A DNA stretch of 64,000 nt from Candidatus Doudnabacteria bacterium (GTDB taxonomy: Bacteria > Patescibacteriota > Doudnabacteria > UBA920): NCBI GenBank assembly GCA_963837465.1, contig CAWINB010000004.1, forward strand, positions 458,853 to 522,852. Direction: 5' to 3'. A program made the translations under genes and the position numbers. Shown piece by piece: positions 37,185 to 48,053 of this stretch (the first letter of the stretch is position 1; every line of letters starts with the position of its first letter). The notes beneath the pieces are model-generated. The model saw nothing but the letters and a program-made list of their open reading frames with translations, was not told where the DNA came from and ran no database searches.

Positions 37185-40100
37185 ATGCAAAATTCTGTCG
37201 CAAAGAAATTCTTTGCTGTAGGATCCGCGGTAGTTATGACTTTGGCCATGGTGGCTCCGTTAGCGGCTCACGCTGCTGCCGACCCCGTTGGCACCAATGT
37301 CGTTGACTCATCCGGTACCGTTTGGATGGTTATGCCAGACGGCACCCGCCGCGCCTACACCTCAGCCGGCGCCTTTCTCTCTTACGGCTTCAACTCTTGG
37401 AGCCAAGTAGTTCCGGCCAGCGCTTCCGACTTAGCTTTGCCCACTGGATCCTTTATTCCTCCTCAGGATGGCTCCATTATCTGCTCTAACAAGGGCAGCG
37501 ACACCGGCACTTGCTACGAAATCAGCGGCGGCCAAAAGTTTGGCTTTACCTCGGCCGCGGTATTTACCGGCCTTGGTTTTAGCTTCTCCAATTCCTTACC
37601 CGGTGATGTTTCCTTTTTAGCTATGGGCAATATGTTGCTCAACAACAGCTCCATGGCTCACTTGCCCGGTACCTTAGTTAATAACAACGGTACCGTACAA
37701 TTAGTAGGAACCAGCGGTGTTTTGGGTATTCCGGACTTAGCCACCTTTAATTCCTGGGGCTATTCCTTTACCAAAGTTGTCCCGGCCAATGCCGCGGATA
37801 AAACCATGACCCAAACCGGCGTTATGGCTGCCCGCACCCCGGGCCAGCTTAGCCCGATTGCCACAACCGGAAGCACCGGCACAGGCACCGGCACCGGTAG
37901 CACGGTAATCAGCGGTAACGTATCCGTCAGCTTGTCATCCGACACCCCGGCGGCCGGTACCGTAGTTGCCAACAGCAACGGCACTTCTCCCGGACAAACC
38001 GGAGCTGACATTGCCAACTTTACCTTTAGCGGTACAGGCACTGTCACCCAGGTTGTAGTTAACAGGATTGGTGTTTCCGCCGACAACAGCTTAAGCAATG
38101 TTTACCTTTACCAGGGTAACAACCGCATTACCTCCGCCGGAAGCTTCAGCAACGGCCAGGTAACCTTTAGCAATTCCAACGGATTGTTCACTGTCAGCGG
38201 TTCTACCGAAGTTTCGGTCAGAGTTGACATTGCCGCTGGCGCCACCTCAGGCCAAACCCTGGGCGCGCAATTGGCTTCTTACACTGTCGCCAACGGCACC
38301 CCGATGACCGCCAGCATTTCCGGCAATCTGTTCCAGATTGCTTCGGTCAACAACTTGGCTACTGCCCAGTTAAGCGGTACTAGCGTTAGCAATAGTGGTA
38401 TTATCTCTTCCGGTGCTTCAAACAACACCCCGGGAACCCTTAATGCCGGTACCAGCAATGCCATTTTGTGGCAAGCTCCTATTAGCATCGGCCAGCGCAC
38501 CGTGCTGTTAAAGCACGTCGCGTTTACCCAGATCGGTTCCATTCAAAGCAGCGCCATTACCAACCTCCAGCTGTATGTTGACGGCAACCCGGTAGGAACT
38601 ACCGGCACCTTAACCACAGTTGGCGGCCAAAACCAGGTAGTGTTTGATTTCAGCGGCAACCCGGTTAGTTTGTCTACCGGCAGCCACACGCTTTCTTTGG
38701 AAGGCAATGTCGTAGGTGGAACTTCCTTTACCTTTGAATTCAGCCTCCAGACTGCGGCTGATATCGTTCTTTACGATACCAACTACAACGTCAACATTCC
38801 GCTGACTTACAGCGGCGGCGGTACTATCTTCCAGATAGCTCCGGGCTTGACCACCATTAACAGCGGCACGGTTTCGGTTCAATCCGACCCGACCTTTACC
38901 GCTACGCAGTTTGTGACCAATTCATCCCAGGTTCTTTTGGGACAGTGGGACTTAACTGCTTACGGTGAAAATGTTAATGTCAACCAATTACAGGTTTCAT
39001 TGCATTATACCGGCACTTTGGTTGCCGGCGTAGACGGCTTTAATAATTTGAGCATCTATGTAAACGGTGGCACCGTCGGTTCTTCGCAAGGCGCTTTAGC
39101 TACTACTGGCGGAGCTTGTCCTGCAGGAACCAACCCGACGTGTGCATATAGCTTTGGTACAACCAACCTCTTTACCATCCAGGCCGGACAAACTGTTACG
39201 GTTCAGGTAAAGGGCGACTCTGTTGTCAGCGGCAGTGATATTACCGCGGTACAAGCCAGCTTGGTTGTCCCGGCCAATACCATCCAGGGCCAGACTTCTT
39301 ACGCCTTGACCCCGTCTTCAACCCAGACTTACTCTGCCAACACCTTAACTACCGGCAGCAGCGTTGGTACCTTAGCCGAAAACACCGGTTACACCAACCA
39401 AACCATTGGCTCTAACCAGAACAACCAAGAAATTGGTTCTTACACTGTTCAGGCAAGCAGCATTGATGGTGTCAGGGTTAACCAGCTAACCGTTGGCTTA
39501 GGCGGTTCGTTTAACAACGGCAGCGCGACCACCGGTTTGACCAGCTTGTACTTGTCTGTCTCCTACCCGGGCGGCAGCGCGACTACAACTCCGGTCAATC
39601 CTTCGGCCAGCAATACGTTTACGTTAAACAACGTAACTATTCCTGCCAACCAAACGGCTACCGTAAACGTTATGGCTAACGTCAGCAACGCCACCGGTAC
39701 CGTAATTACCACTATGTCCGGCAGCGGCCAGGGTTTAAGCAGCAACCAATCGGTTTCTCTTAGCTCCGTCCAGGGCCAGACTATCACTGTGGGCAACGGC
39801 ACAATCAACGCGCCGACTTTGCAGACTTCTTCCCCGGTAGCTTCCTTTGTTATTGGAGGCACGCAAAACCAGCCAGCCGCTACATTTAACTTTGTGGCAG
39901 GCAGCGGTGGCGCGACCATTCAGGAATTGGACTTCTTAGTTGCCACTTCTTCGGGCGCTACTACCATTCCGGTTACAGCGGTAACCGTAAACGGCGTAAC
40001 TTCCCCGATTGTGGGCGTCACCTCCTCCGTTACAGGTTTGAGCATTGCTGTTCCGACCAGCTACGGTGGTATTAACGTTCCTGTCACTGTGAACTACCAG

Positions 40101-40724
40101 GCGGTAGGAAACAATGGTATTCCGTCCAACCAGATCTTCACCCTGAATTTGACTCGCGTGAAGTACCTCTCGGGCTCCAATACTATGTACCTCTACCCGA
40201 ACGTGGCTTCCAACAGCCAGGATTTGGTAGCTTCCGCTCCGACCGTTACTTTGGCGGGCGTAAACAACCTGCTTACAAGCGGTACGGTTATAATTGGCCA
40301 GGTTACAGTTTCAGCTAACTCTGCCGGTAACATTGTCTTAGACAACTTACCGATCACAGTTTCTGCCAACAATGCTACGATTACTTCCAGCACTGTATTG
40401 GCGGTTGATTCCGCTACCAGCCAACAGGCCGGCACTCTTACCGGTTTTGCTGTTAACGCCAACAGCTCGGCTACGGGTACCATTGCCTTCTCAACCGACA
40501 ACAATATTTCCGCGGGTACTTCCAAGACCTACAATATTGAAGTCGTTGTTAACGCGATTGGCAACTCCACCAACGGTACGCCTTCCATCTCCCTCGGTCT
40601 TGGCAACGCCAGCCTGTTTACATTTAATGATGTCAACGGCGGCGTAAACAACATCGCGGGCGCAAAGGCCGGCAACGTCTACCTCAGCAACTACCCGACT
40701 ACTTCGGTTTCTATCCAGAACTAG
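37185..40724 (+). CDS. Probable major surface-layer protein
   Basis: Signal peptide (AHA), 1179 aa, T/S/G/N/V-rich beta-sandwich composition, biased codon use, consensus promoter. Confidence 0.72.
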   Translation: MQNSVAKKFFAVGSAVVMTLAMVAPLAAHAAADPVGTNVVDSSGTVWMVMPDGTRRAYTSAGAFLSYGFNSWSQVVPASASDLALPTGSFIPPQDGSIICSNKGSDTGTCYEISGGQKFGFTSAAVFTGLGFSFSNSLPGDVSFLAMGNMLLNNSSMAHLPGTLVNNNGTVQLVGTSGVLGIPDLATFNSWGYSFTKVVPANAADKTMTQTGVMAARTPGQLSPIATTGSTGTGTGTGSTVISGNVSVSLSSDTPAAGTVVANSNGTSPGQTGADIANFTFSGTGTVTQVVVNRIGVSADNSLSNVYLYQGNNRITSAGSFSNGQVTFSNSNGLFTVSGSTEVSVRVDIAAGATSGQTLGAQLASYTVANGTPMTASISGNLFQIASVNNLATAQLSGTSVSNSGIISSGASNNTPGTLNAGTSNAILWQAPISIGQRTVLLKHVAFTQIGSIQSSAITNLQLYVDGNPVGTTGTLTTVGGQNQVVFDFSGNPVSLSTGSHTLSLEGNVVGGTSFTFEFSLQTAADIVLYDTNYNVNIPLTYSGGGTIFQIAPGLTTINSGTVSVQSDPTFTATQFVTNSSQVLLGQWDLTAYGENVNVNQLQVSLHYTGTLVAGVDGFNNLSIYVNGGTVGSSQGALATTGGACPAGTNPTCAYSFGTTNLFTIQAGQTVTVQVKGDSVVSGSDITAVQASLVVPANTIQGQTSYALTPSSTQTYSANTLTTGSSVGTLAENTGYTNQTIGSNQNNQEIGSYTVQASSIDGVRVNQLTVGLGGSFNNGSATTGLTSLYLSVSYPGGSATTTPVNPSASNTFTLNNVTIPANQTATVNVMANVSNATGTVITTMSGSGQGLSSNQSVSLSSVQGQTITVGNGTINAPTLQTSSPVASFVIGGTQNQPAATFNFVAGSGGATIQELDFLVATSSGATTIPVTAVTVNGVTSPIVGVTSSVTGLSIAVPTSYGGINVPVTVNYQAVGNNGIPSNQIFTLNLTRVKYLSGSNTMYLYPNVASNSQDLVASAPTVTLAGVNNLLTSGTVIIGQVTVSANSAGNIVLDNLPITVSANNATITSSTVLAVDSATSQQAGTLTGFAVNANSSATGTIAFSTDNNISAGTSKTYNIEVVVNAIGNSTNGTPSISLGLGNASLFTFNDVNGGVNNIAGAKAGNVYLSNYPTTSVSIQN

Positions 40725-40837
40725 TCAGTTAGAGCCAGGTAATCCAATTACAACTTTGTTCACCGGCTAAAATTTCTTTCCGAAATTCGGCAGGTAAAAG
40801 TTTAAGCGGATACAGTTTCCAAAAACTTTAAATTTGG

Positions 40838-40872
40838 CAAAACCCCCGTTTCATTTTGAGGCGGGGGTTTTG
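40838..40872 (+). terminator. Intrinsic terminator
   Basis: AAAACCCCCGTTTC...GAGGCGGGGGTTTT. Confidence 0.8.
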
Positions 40873-40953
40873 GTATGCCCTGAAACTCTTTGTGTTATAA
40901 TTAATTTAATTTATTCAATTAACCATCCCGCGCGAACAAACACGAACAAAACA

Positions 40954-42009
40954 GTGAATAAAAACTCTCAAAATAAAAGGAGATTTTTTAAAACTTCCCG
41001 ATTTTTATTTATTTATTGCGCCATAGCTTTTGTGGCCGGGGCCGGGGCGGCGTCTTTATTTTGGCGCGCGGGCAATAACCGGCTTATTGAGCAGTTGTCC
41101 GCCCAGGTCAGGCCGCTGCGGCAAAAAAATAACCCTTATACTTACATCAACCCTTTGCTGGGATATGAAGTCCCCGGTGACGTAAAAGAATTTGACGAGT
41201 ACAAACCTTTAAAAAACGATATCCAAAAAGCCGCGCCAATTAAAAGCCCGCAGGTCCAGAGCTATTCGGTTTATTTTCGGGATTTGACCCTGGGAAGATG
41301 GGCGGGAATTAACGAAGATGCCGCGTACGCGCCGGCCAGTATGATGAAGGTCGCTATTATGATTGCCTATTTTAAGGAGGCCGAAGACGGTTTATCCGTA
41401 CTTGGACAAACTCTGGTTTATTCTTCGTCCACGGCTGATCAAATTAATGGCGTACCCTTTGAAACCCCTTCCGACCTAAAAGTAGGACAAAAGTACACGG
41501 TGGAGCAGTTAATAGAAGCTATGATAATATCTTCCGATAACGGGGCCAAAAATATCCTGCTGGATAATATTAACCAGCAGGATTTGGATGAAATTTATAG
41601 CGACTTGGGCCTGCCCAACCCGGACAACAGCGCCGATTATACCATTTCCGCCAAGCAGTATACCGTGCTTCTGCGGGTTTTGTACAACGCCACTTATTTA
41701 AGCCGCGCGGATTCCGAAAAAGCCCTGCAAATTATGTCGCGGGCCGAGTACAGCCAGGGCCTGGTGGCCGGGGCGCCAAAAGGGACAATGGTGGCGCAAA
41801 AATTCGGGGAGAATGTGGACGCCTCAAACCCCCAGGCGCCGGAAATTTCACTGTCCAACTGCGGCATTGTTTACCATCCAACTTATCCTTATATTTTATG
41901 CGTTATGACCAAGGGTACTGACGCGGAATCTTTGCAAAAAACAATCGCCGCCATTTCCCAAACCGTTTGGCGTGATGTCAGTGACTATGCCGCCACGGAT
42001 AATTATTAG
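40954..42009 (+). CDS. Membrane-anchored serine hydrolase, class A beta-lactamase-like fold (start uncertain)
   Basis: ASMMK (SxxK), SDN, AQKFG in place of KTG. Confidence 0.82.
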   Translation: MNKNSQNKRRFFKTSRFLFIYCAIAFVAGAGAASLFWRAGNNRLIEQLSAQVRPLRQKNNPYTYINPLLGYEVPGDVKEFDEYKPLKNDIQKAAPIKSPQVQSYSVYFRDLTLGRWAGINEDAAYAPASMMKVAIMIAYFKEAEDGLSVLGQTLVYSSSTADQINGVPFETPSDLKVGQKYTVEQLIEAMIISSDNGAKNILLDNINQQDLDEIYSDLGLPNPDNSADYTISAKQYTVLLRVLYNATYLSRADSEKALQIMSRAEYSQGLVAGAPKGTMVAQKFGENVDASNPQAPEISLSNCGIVYHPTYPYILCVMTKGTDAESLQKTIAAISQTVWRDVSDYAATDNY

Positions 42010-42077
42010 GGATATGCTATAATTAAACGACTTGCCTGTTTCCCCGGGCTGATTTATCCTTATAAATAAAGTTTTCT

Positions 42078-44285
42078 ATGCAATCAAAATTCGTCAAAGG
42101 TTTGTTTTGTTTTTTGGTTATTGCCGCTTTATTAACGCCGTTTTGGGTCTTTAAAGAACTATTGTTCCCGTTCATTACCTCCAAAGCTTTTTACCTCCGG
42201 ATTCTGGTGGAGATTACTTTGCCGCTGTACGTTTATTTGCTGATGAAGTATCCGCAATACCGGCCTTCCTGGAAAAACCCACTGACAATTTCCATAACCG
42301 CGTTTTTATTTCTGAATTTTATTGCCGCCATTTTTGGAGTTAACCCGCTCCGCGGCATTTGGGGCAACTTTGAACGCATGGGCGGCGTATTTTATCTGGC
42401 CCATCTGACCATGCTGTATTTTTATGTTCTGCTTTTGGGCCAAATGGGGGGCAGGTATATGCGCTGGTTTTTGGATGCGGTAATTTGGTCCGCCGCTCTT
42501 ATTACCTTAGACGGCATTTTAGTCCAGTTGACCCATAATCACTTTTTGCTCAGTGACCCTTCTTATCCGCGTGTTTCCGGCACCTTTGGCAACCCGATTT
42601 TTATTGCCAGCTACCTGGTCATCCCCATGTTTTTAAGCTGTTATTATATGGTTTTGGAAGACAGGCGCTGGCTGAAAATTGTTTATGGGATTGTCGCTTT
42701 TTGCGAACTTTATCTTATTGTATTAAGCCAAACCCGCGGCGCGGTGGTGGGGGTTGCGGCCGCTTTGTTTGTAGGCGGCGTGACTTATGTTTTTTTGACC
42801 AAGCAAAAGCAGGTCCGGAAATGGGGTATCATAGCGGTTGTAATTTTTATCGCCTTAACGGCCACGGCGTTTACCCAGCATGCCAAGTTCAAAAAAGGCT
42901 CCTTACCTTACCGCGTGCTTAACCTAAAAGACTCCAACACCGAATCCAGGTTAATCCAGTGGGGCGTGGCCTTAAAAGGCTACACGCATTATCCGATTTT
43001 AGGAGTGGGTCCTGAAGATTATTATTTCCTTTCCAACAAGTACTACAATCCGGCCATTTACCAATACGACCCCAGCTGGTTTGATAAGCCCCACAATTAC
43101 CTTATAGAAGTTCTGGTGACCACGGGCATTGTGGGTTTTGGGGCTTACGCCGCGATCTTAGGATTTTTTATCTGGATTTTGTACCGCGCTTACAAAAAAG
43201 ACCTGCTTTCTTTGATGGAATTTTGTCTGCTTCTCAGCGGTTTTTTGGCTTACGAATTCCAGAATCTGACCGTGTTCGATACCATTTCCGCCAGCCTTAT
43301 GTTTTTCGCTTTTTTAGGTTTCGGCGCGTTTTTATGGCAGGAATCCATGGAAGTAAAAAAGCCCAATTTAAAGGGTTTGGATGCGTTTTTTATCGCCATC
43401 TCAACCGGTTTGACCGCGGTTGTCATGATTTATGTAATCTATGTCTGCAATGTTTATGGCATTCGCATCGCCAAGGATATTAATTACGGTTACGCCTACA
43501 GCACCGTAGACCCGCAAATCGCTTACAATTATTTTCAGACGGCCGGTAGCCTGCCCTTTGACTTTGACCCCATACAATTCTCCTCCAAATACGCGGACTT
43601 TGCCAGCGCCCTGGCCGCCAATCCCGGCGGCCAAAGCCCTCAGTTTGTAAACCAGGTCATGCAGGACGCCATAACCGCGCAGCAGGACGCCATTAATGAA
43701 ATATCCAATGATCCCACAGCCTGGCAGGAGCTTTCCAATTTATATTTAAATGAATCCATTGTAAACAAAACTTCTCCTGATCCAAAAGCGCTCGAGGCAG
43801 CCGACGAAGCTATCAGTTTAGCTCCCAGACGGCCGGAACCGTTGCTGCAAATGGCCAGGGTGGAATTGATACAAAATAATCTTACCGGCGCCGAGCAAAC
43901 ACTGCTGAAGTTATTAAGTTACATTCCGGAAGAACAGCAGGCCAGCTTTGAGCTGGCGCTGGTCTATAATTATTCCGAACAAACCGCCAAAGCGGTGCCC
44001 TATGCCGAGCAGGCTTTGGCAGAGGGATTTACGCCGACTCAGGCGGCTCAGATTGACTGGCTGGCCCAGTATTATACCCAGAAACAGGACTGGTCGGATG
44101 CCGAACGGATTTTCCAAATGGCCGTAAAAATAGACCCCGCCAACTTTAACGATGACTTCAATCTGGCCCAGGTTTATTACGAGCTCGGGCAAAAGTCCCA
44201 GGCTGTCAGTTTGGCGCAGCAGGTAGCGCGGACGGATCCTTCACAAGCCGCTTACGCTCAAGGGCTGATTGCTTCGTTTAAGTAA
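42078..44285 (+). CDS. O-antigen ligase family protein with TPR C-terminus
   Basis: Multi-TM; R.SGTFGNP, SQTRGA, R.IQW, PILGVG, DKPHN; TPR-like helices. Confidence 0.85.
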   Translation: MQSKFVKGLFCFLVIAALLTPFWVFKELLFPFITSKAFYLRILVEITLPLYVYLLMKYPQYRPSWKNPLTISITAFLFLNFIAAIFGVNPLRGIWGNFERMGGVFYLAHLTMLYFYVLLLGQMGGRYMRWFLDAVIWSAALITLDGILVQLTHNHFLLSDPSYPRVSGTFGNPIFIASYLVIPMFLSCYYMVLEDRRWLKIVYGIVAFCELYLIVLSQTRGAVVGVAAALFVGGVTYVFLTKQKQVRKWGIIAVVIFIALTATAFTQHAKFKKGSLPYRVLNLKDSNTESRLIQWGVALKGYTHYPILGVGPEDYYFLSNKYYNPAIYQYDPSWFDKPHNYLIEVLVTTGIVGFGAYAAILGFFIWILYRAYKKDLLSLMEFCLLLSGFLAYEFQNLTVFDTISASLMFFAFLGFGAFLWQESMEVKKPNLKGLDAFFIAISTGLTAVVMIYVIYVCNVYGIRIAKDINYGYAYSTVDPQIAYNYFQTAGSLPFDFDPIQFSSKYADFASALAANPGGQSPQFVNQVMQDAITAQQDAINEISNDPTAWQELSNLYLNESIVNKTSPDPKALEAADEAISLAPRRPEPLLQMARVELIQNNLTGAEQTLLKLLSYIPEEQQASFELALVYNYSEQTAKAVPYAEQALAEGFTPTQAAQIDWLAQYYTQKQDWSDAERIFQMAVKIDPANFNDDFNLAQVYYELGQKSQAVSLAQQVARTDPSQAAYAQGLIASFK

Positions 44286-44305
44286 CGTAATAATACCGCG
44301 TAAAT

Positions 44306-44340
44306 AAAGGGTGCCCCTTTGCGGCAAAGGGGCGCCCTTT
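44306..44340. repeat. Palindrome AAAGGGTGCCCCTTTG-cgg-CAAAGGGGCGCCCTTT
   Basis: Same family as 20362-20398; between convergent genes. Confidence 0.8.
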
Positions 44341-44353
44341 AGAGTAAGCTTTT

Positions 44354-45463
44354 TCAGGCAGTTGGCTTTAAAACTTGCCGGTAAACCGCGGCAGTTTGCT
44401 CCAGCATTTTTGTTTGGGTAAACATTTTTGATCTTTCCAGGGCTTTGGCGGATAAAGCTGCTGCAGCAGCGTTGCTGTTTGCAATCTCGGTAATCGCCCG
44501 GGCCAGTTGAGCCGGGTCCTCCGGGTCAATCACAATTGCCGCGTCTGCCACAGCTTCGGGGTTGCCGCCGACGTTGGTTGTAATTAGGGGCAAACCCGCC
44601 TGCATGGCCTCTAAAAGGGTATAAGGAAGGCCTTCTTTGCGTGAAGCCAGTACAAAAATATCAAAGGCTTTAATGGCGGCAGGCGTGTCCGAGCGGTAGC
44701 CCAAAAGTTTAACTTTATCCTTCAGACCCAGGTCCGAAATTTGTTGTTCCAGAGCTTTTCTTTCCCTGCCTTCGCCGATTATCGCGCATAAAACTTTGCT
44801 TTTGGTCGCGTCATCCAGCAGGGCAATGGCGCTTATTAAAACATCCAGACCTTTGGTTTTATAAAAATTGGCCACCGAGCCGATTATGATTTTATCGTCC
44901 GGCAAATTCAGGGCCGTTCGCGCCGAATTACGGGGCAAGAATTCTATTTTTGGAATGCCGTTATAAACGGCGCCCATTTTATTTTTCGCGATCAGCCTAT
45001 GGCGCAAAGCGGATTTTTTGTCGTTTTGGGAAACGCAGATTATGTAATTGCGAAAAAAACCCGCGAATTTTTCCAGGGCCAGGTAGAATGTTTTTGCCGG
45101 CCAGGGCAGCGGTTCGTTAAAAATAAACCCGTGGGCGGTAAAAATTATTTTGGCCTTTACAAAAGGCTTGGCCAGGCTGCCGAGAAAACCGGCCTTGCTG
45201 GAGTTTAAATGAATAATGTCCGGTTTCTCCTCCCGGGCCAGTTTTATTATTTCAAACAGGGCCAGAACATCGTAAAATGGATGGATATTGCGTTTTAAGC
45301 AGCGCAACTCAATACAGCTAACGCCCGCTTTCCTGGCATCGTAAAAAAGCTTCACCCCTTCATTGCCGGCCGCTATGGTGCCGTTAAAATTTTTAGCCAA
45401 ATCCAGGACGTATTTCTGCGCCCCCCCGCCATCTGCCTGGGTTATAATATAGAGAATTTTCAT
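44354..45463 (-). CDS. Glycosyltransferase family 4
   Basis: GGAQKY, IHLNSSKAG, EGLPYTLLEAM. Confidence 0.92.
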   Translation of the reverse strand: MKILYIITQADGGGAQKYVLDLAKNFNGTIAAGNEGVKLFYDARKAGVSCIELRCLKRNIHPFYDVLALFEIIKLAREEKPDIIHLNSSKAGFLGSLAKPFVKAKIIFTAHGFIFNEPLPWPAKTFYLALEKFAGFFRNYIICVSQNDKKSALRHRLIAKNKMGAVYNGIPKIEFLPRNSARTALNLPDDKIIIGSVANFYKTKGLDVLISAIALLDDATKSKVLCAIIGEGRERKALEQQISDLGLKDKVKLLGYRSDTPAAIKAFDIFVLASRKEGLPYTLLEAMQAGLPLITTNVGGNPEAVADAAIVIDPEDPAQLARAITEIANSNAAAAALSAKALERSKMFTQTKMLEQTAAVYRQVLKPTA

Positions 45464-45560
45464 TGCTGTTATTATAGGGCAAAAATGGTTGATTTAAAAG
45501 GAGTTTTATGATAAATTATAAGTATTTGGAGCTTGGGCTAGAAATGATATAATTTTACTT

Positions 45561-46634
45561 ATGTTAAAAGTTTTATTTGCAGCCTTAAAATACGATTACG
45601 GCCGGCCCGAGCAGGGGTTATCCGTTGAACATACCAATTTTTACGACAGTTTATTGCAAATGTCGGACGTGCAGACCGACTTTTTTGGCGTCGATGAAAA
45701 CATGCTCAGCTCCAGCCGGGAGGAAATGAACCAAAAACTTATTCAGCGCGTGGAGGAAACCAAGCCGGATTTATTATTTTGTTACCTGCTTAGCGAAGAG
45801 CTCAAAAGAGAAACAATCGGCTACATTACAAAAAAAACCAAAACGAAAACTTTTAACTGGTTTGCCGACGACCACTGGAGAATCCCGATTTTTTCCCGGC
45901 ACTGGGCGCCGCTGTTTACCATGGTCTCCACCACGGATGCCGAAGCATTGGACAGGTACAAGTCTTACGGTATCACCAATGTCATAAAAACCCAGTGGGG
46001 CGCCAACCCGCATTTGTATTTTCCCCAGGATCAGGCTTTGAATCCCGGTAATTTAGATTTAACTTTTGTGGGACAAAAATTCGGCAAGCGCGGCGGGTAT
46101 TTAAAAGAAATCCAAGGCTCTGGCTTGCACGCCGAAGGTTTTGGAAGCGGCTGGCCTGGAGGGCGGGTAAACCACCAAAAAATGCTGGAAATATTTTCTT
46201 ACAGCAAAATTAATTTGAACTTTGCCGAAACCTATTATTACGGCTTCACTTCTTTACTCAAACGCGCGGCCAAGCTGTTCATTGCCAAGGAAATGGGCAG
46301 TTATAAGTTTACCGGGCATCATTTTACCGATAACTGGCGCTCAATGAAAGGCACCCAGAAAAAATGCATTAAAGGAAGGGTATTTGAGGTCCCGGCAGCA
46401 GAGGGGTTTTTGCTTACCGCCGAATCCGACGACGACATTGGCGAATATTATGTCCCCGGTAAAGAAGTCGTTGTTTTTAAAAATATTCCCGAGCTTGTTG
46501 AAAAAGCCAAATACTATTTGGAGCATGAGCAGGAAAGGAACGCTATTGCCAAAGCGGGATTTGACAGGACAATGAAGTACCACACTTACCAAAAAAGGTT
46601 TACCGAAATTTTTAAAGCAATGGGTTTAATGTAG
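45561..46634 (+). CDS. Glycosyltransferase, CgeB/YkvP-like
   Basis: WFADD, SKINLN, RVFEVPA.GFLL, HTY..R. Confidence 0.82.
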   Translation: MLKVLFAALKYDYGRPEQGLSVEHTNFYDSLLQMSDVQTDFFGVDENMLSSSREEMNQKLIQRVEETKPDLLFCYLLSEELKRETIGYITKKTKTKTFNWFADDHWRIPIFSRHWAPLFTMVSTTDAEALDRYKSYGITNVIKTQWGANPHLYFPQDQALNPGNLDLTFVGQKFGKRGGYLKEIQGSGLHAEGFGSGWPGGRVNHQKMLEIFSYSKINLNFAETYYYGFTSLLKRAAKLFIAKEMGSYKFTGHHFTDNWRSMKGTQKKCIKGRVFEVPAAEGFLLTAESDDDIGEYYVPGKEVVVFKNIPELVEKAKYYLEHEQERNAIAKAGFDRTMKYHTYQKRFTEIFKAMGLM

Positions 46635-46689
46635 TAGACCAGGTTGTTTTAAATCGGCGCCCGGTTAAAAAAACCCAAGAAGCATAAAT

Positions 46690-47983
46690 ATGGAAACTGC
46701 AATTGTCGGCGTCCAGACCGAGCCTGAGAGAAAATTAAGTGTGTTGGATAAAATCTATTCTCGTCTGCGCAGGACCACCAATAATACATCTTTTATACCG
46801 CATATAGACGGATTGCGGTTTTTGGCAATTCTTCTCGTGGTCATGGAGCATGTCCACGGTTTGATTTTTAACAAATCGCCAATACCTTTTGCCGGTAACC
46901 CGACCATCAGCCAATGGTGGTTTTATGTTTTATTCCAAAACGGGCGCAAAGGGGTTTTATTGTTTTTTGTAATCAGCGGTTTTATTTTGGCTTTGCCTTT
47001 TGCCAAATATTATTGGCGTAACGAACAGGGTCCAAAAGGGGACAGCTCGCAATTGCAAAACAATAAACAAGCTAAGCCGGTTAATTTGAAAGCTTATTTT
47101 ATGCGCCGGTTAACCCGGCTGGAGCCGCCTTATATATTTAATTTAATTGCCTGTACTTTTTTATTAATCTGGTTTGGCCACCCGGATTTTGCCGGCCGCT
47201 TTGCCCATTTAAATTTTTTTGGCATCCTGCCCAGCCTGGCAGAGTCATTGGTTTACCTGCACAATATTATTTCGCCCAACGGTATGTACGTAAATACCGT
47301 AACCTGGTCGCTTGAGGTGGAAATCCAGTTTTATTTACTGGTACCACTTTTGGTGCAGATTTTAAAACTAAAAAAGCTTTACAGGCGTACGGCACTCGTT
47401 TTTTTAATCGGTTTTTTTATTTTTTTACAGCAGGTTTTTCCCACAAATTTATTGACCCTATACAGCTTCATTCAATACTTCCTGCTTGGCTTTTTGCTGG
47501 TTGACCTTTATCTTTCCGGATGGCAAACAAGCTTAAACAAATGGCTTTCCCTGTTAATTGGCATGTTGGTGTTGTTTAATATTTTATATATAGATATTTA
47601 CAGGACGTCTTGGACCGAATATCTTTTCGTTATTCTGGTGTTCGGTTTTTATACTTTGGTTTTTTGCAGTGACGTTTGGAAGAAAATTTTTAGTTGGCGC
47701 TTTTTCACTACCGTCGGCGGTATGTGTTACACCATTTACCTTTGGCACAACCCTATTGCTTCGGGGCTTGGTAACCACACCGTTTTGTCTGCAGCTGACT
47801 AATAACTACATTTTGGAAACATTGTGGCAGATGGCTTTACTGCTGCCTATGGTTTTGTTTTTTTCCGTTTGTTTTTTCCTGCTTATTGAACAGCCCTGCA
47901 TGGATAAAAATTGGCCAAAAAATTTATGGGGCTGGGTAAAAGCTAAATATTTACAGCTCCGCACAGCTGCAAAGCCGGTATAG
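46690..47983 (+). CDS. Acyltransferase family 3 (O-acetyltransferase), frameshifted near 47790
   Basis: IDGLRFLA, LFFVISGF, RRLTRL.P, WSLEVE.QFY; C-terminal FF.LIEQP in another frame. Confidence 0.85.
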
Positions 47984-48007
47984 GTTTTTGATACCATATG
48001 ACCTTTA

Positions 48008-48036
48008 TTGACACCTAAAAACCCTTTTGCTATTAT
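48008..48036 (+). promoter_or_regulatory. Sigma70 promoter of glycan operon
   Basis: TTGACA-17-TATTAT with upstream TG. Confidence 0.75.
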
Positions 48037-48053
48037 GGGATAAAGGGATTTTT

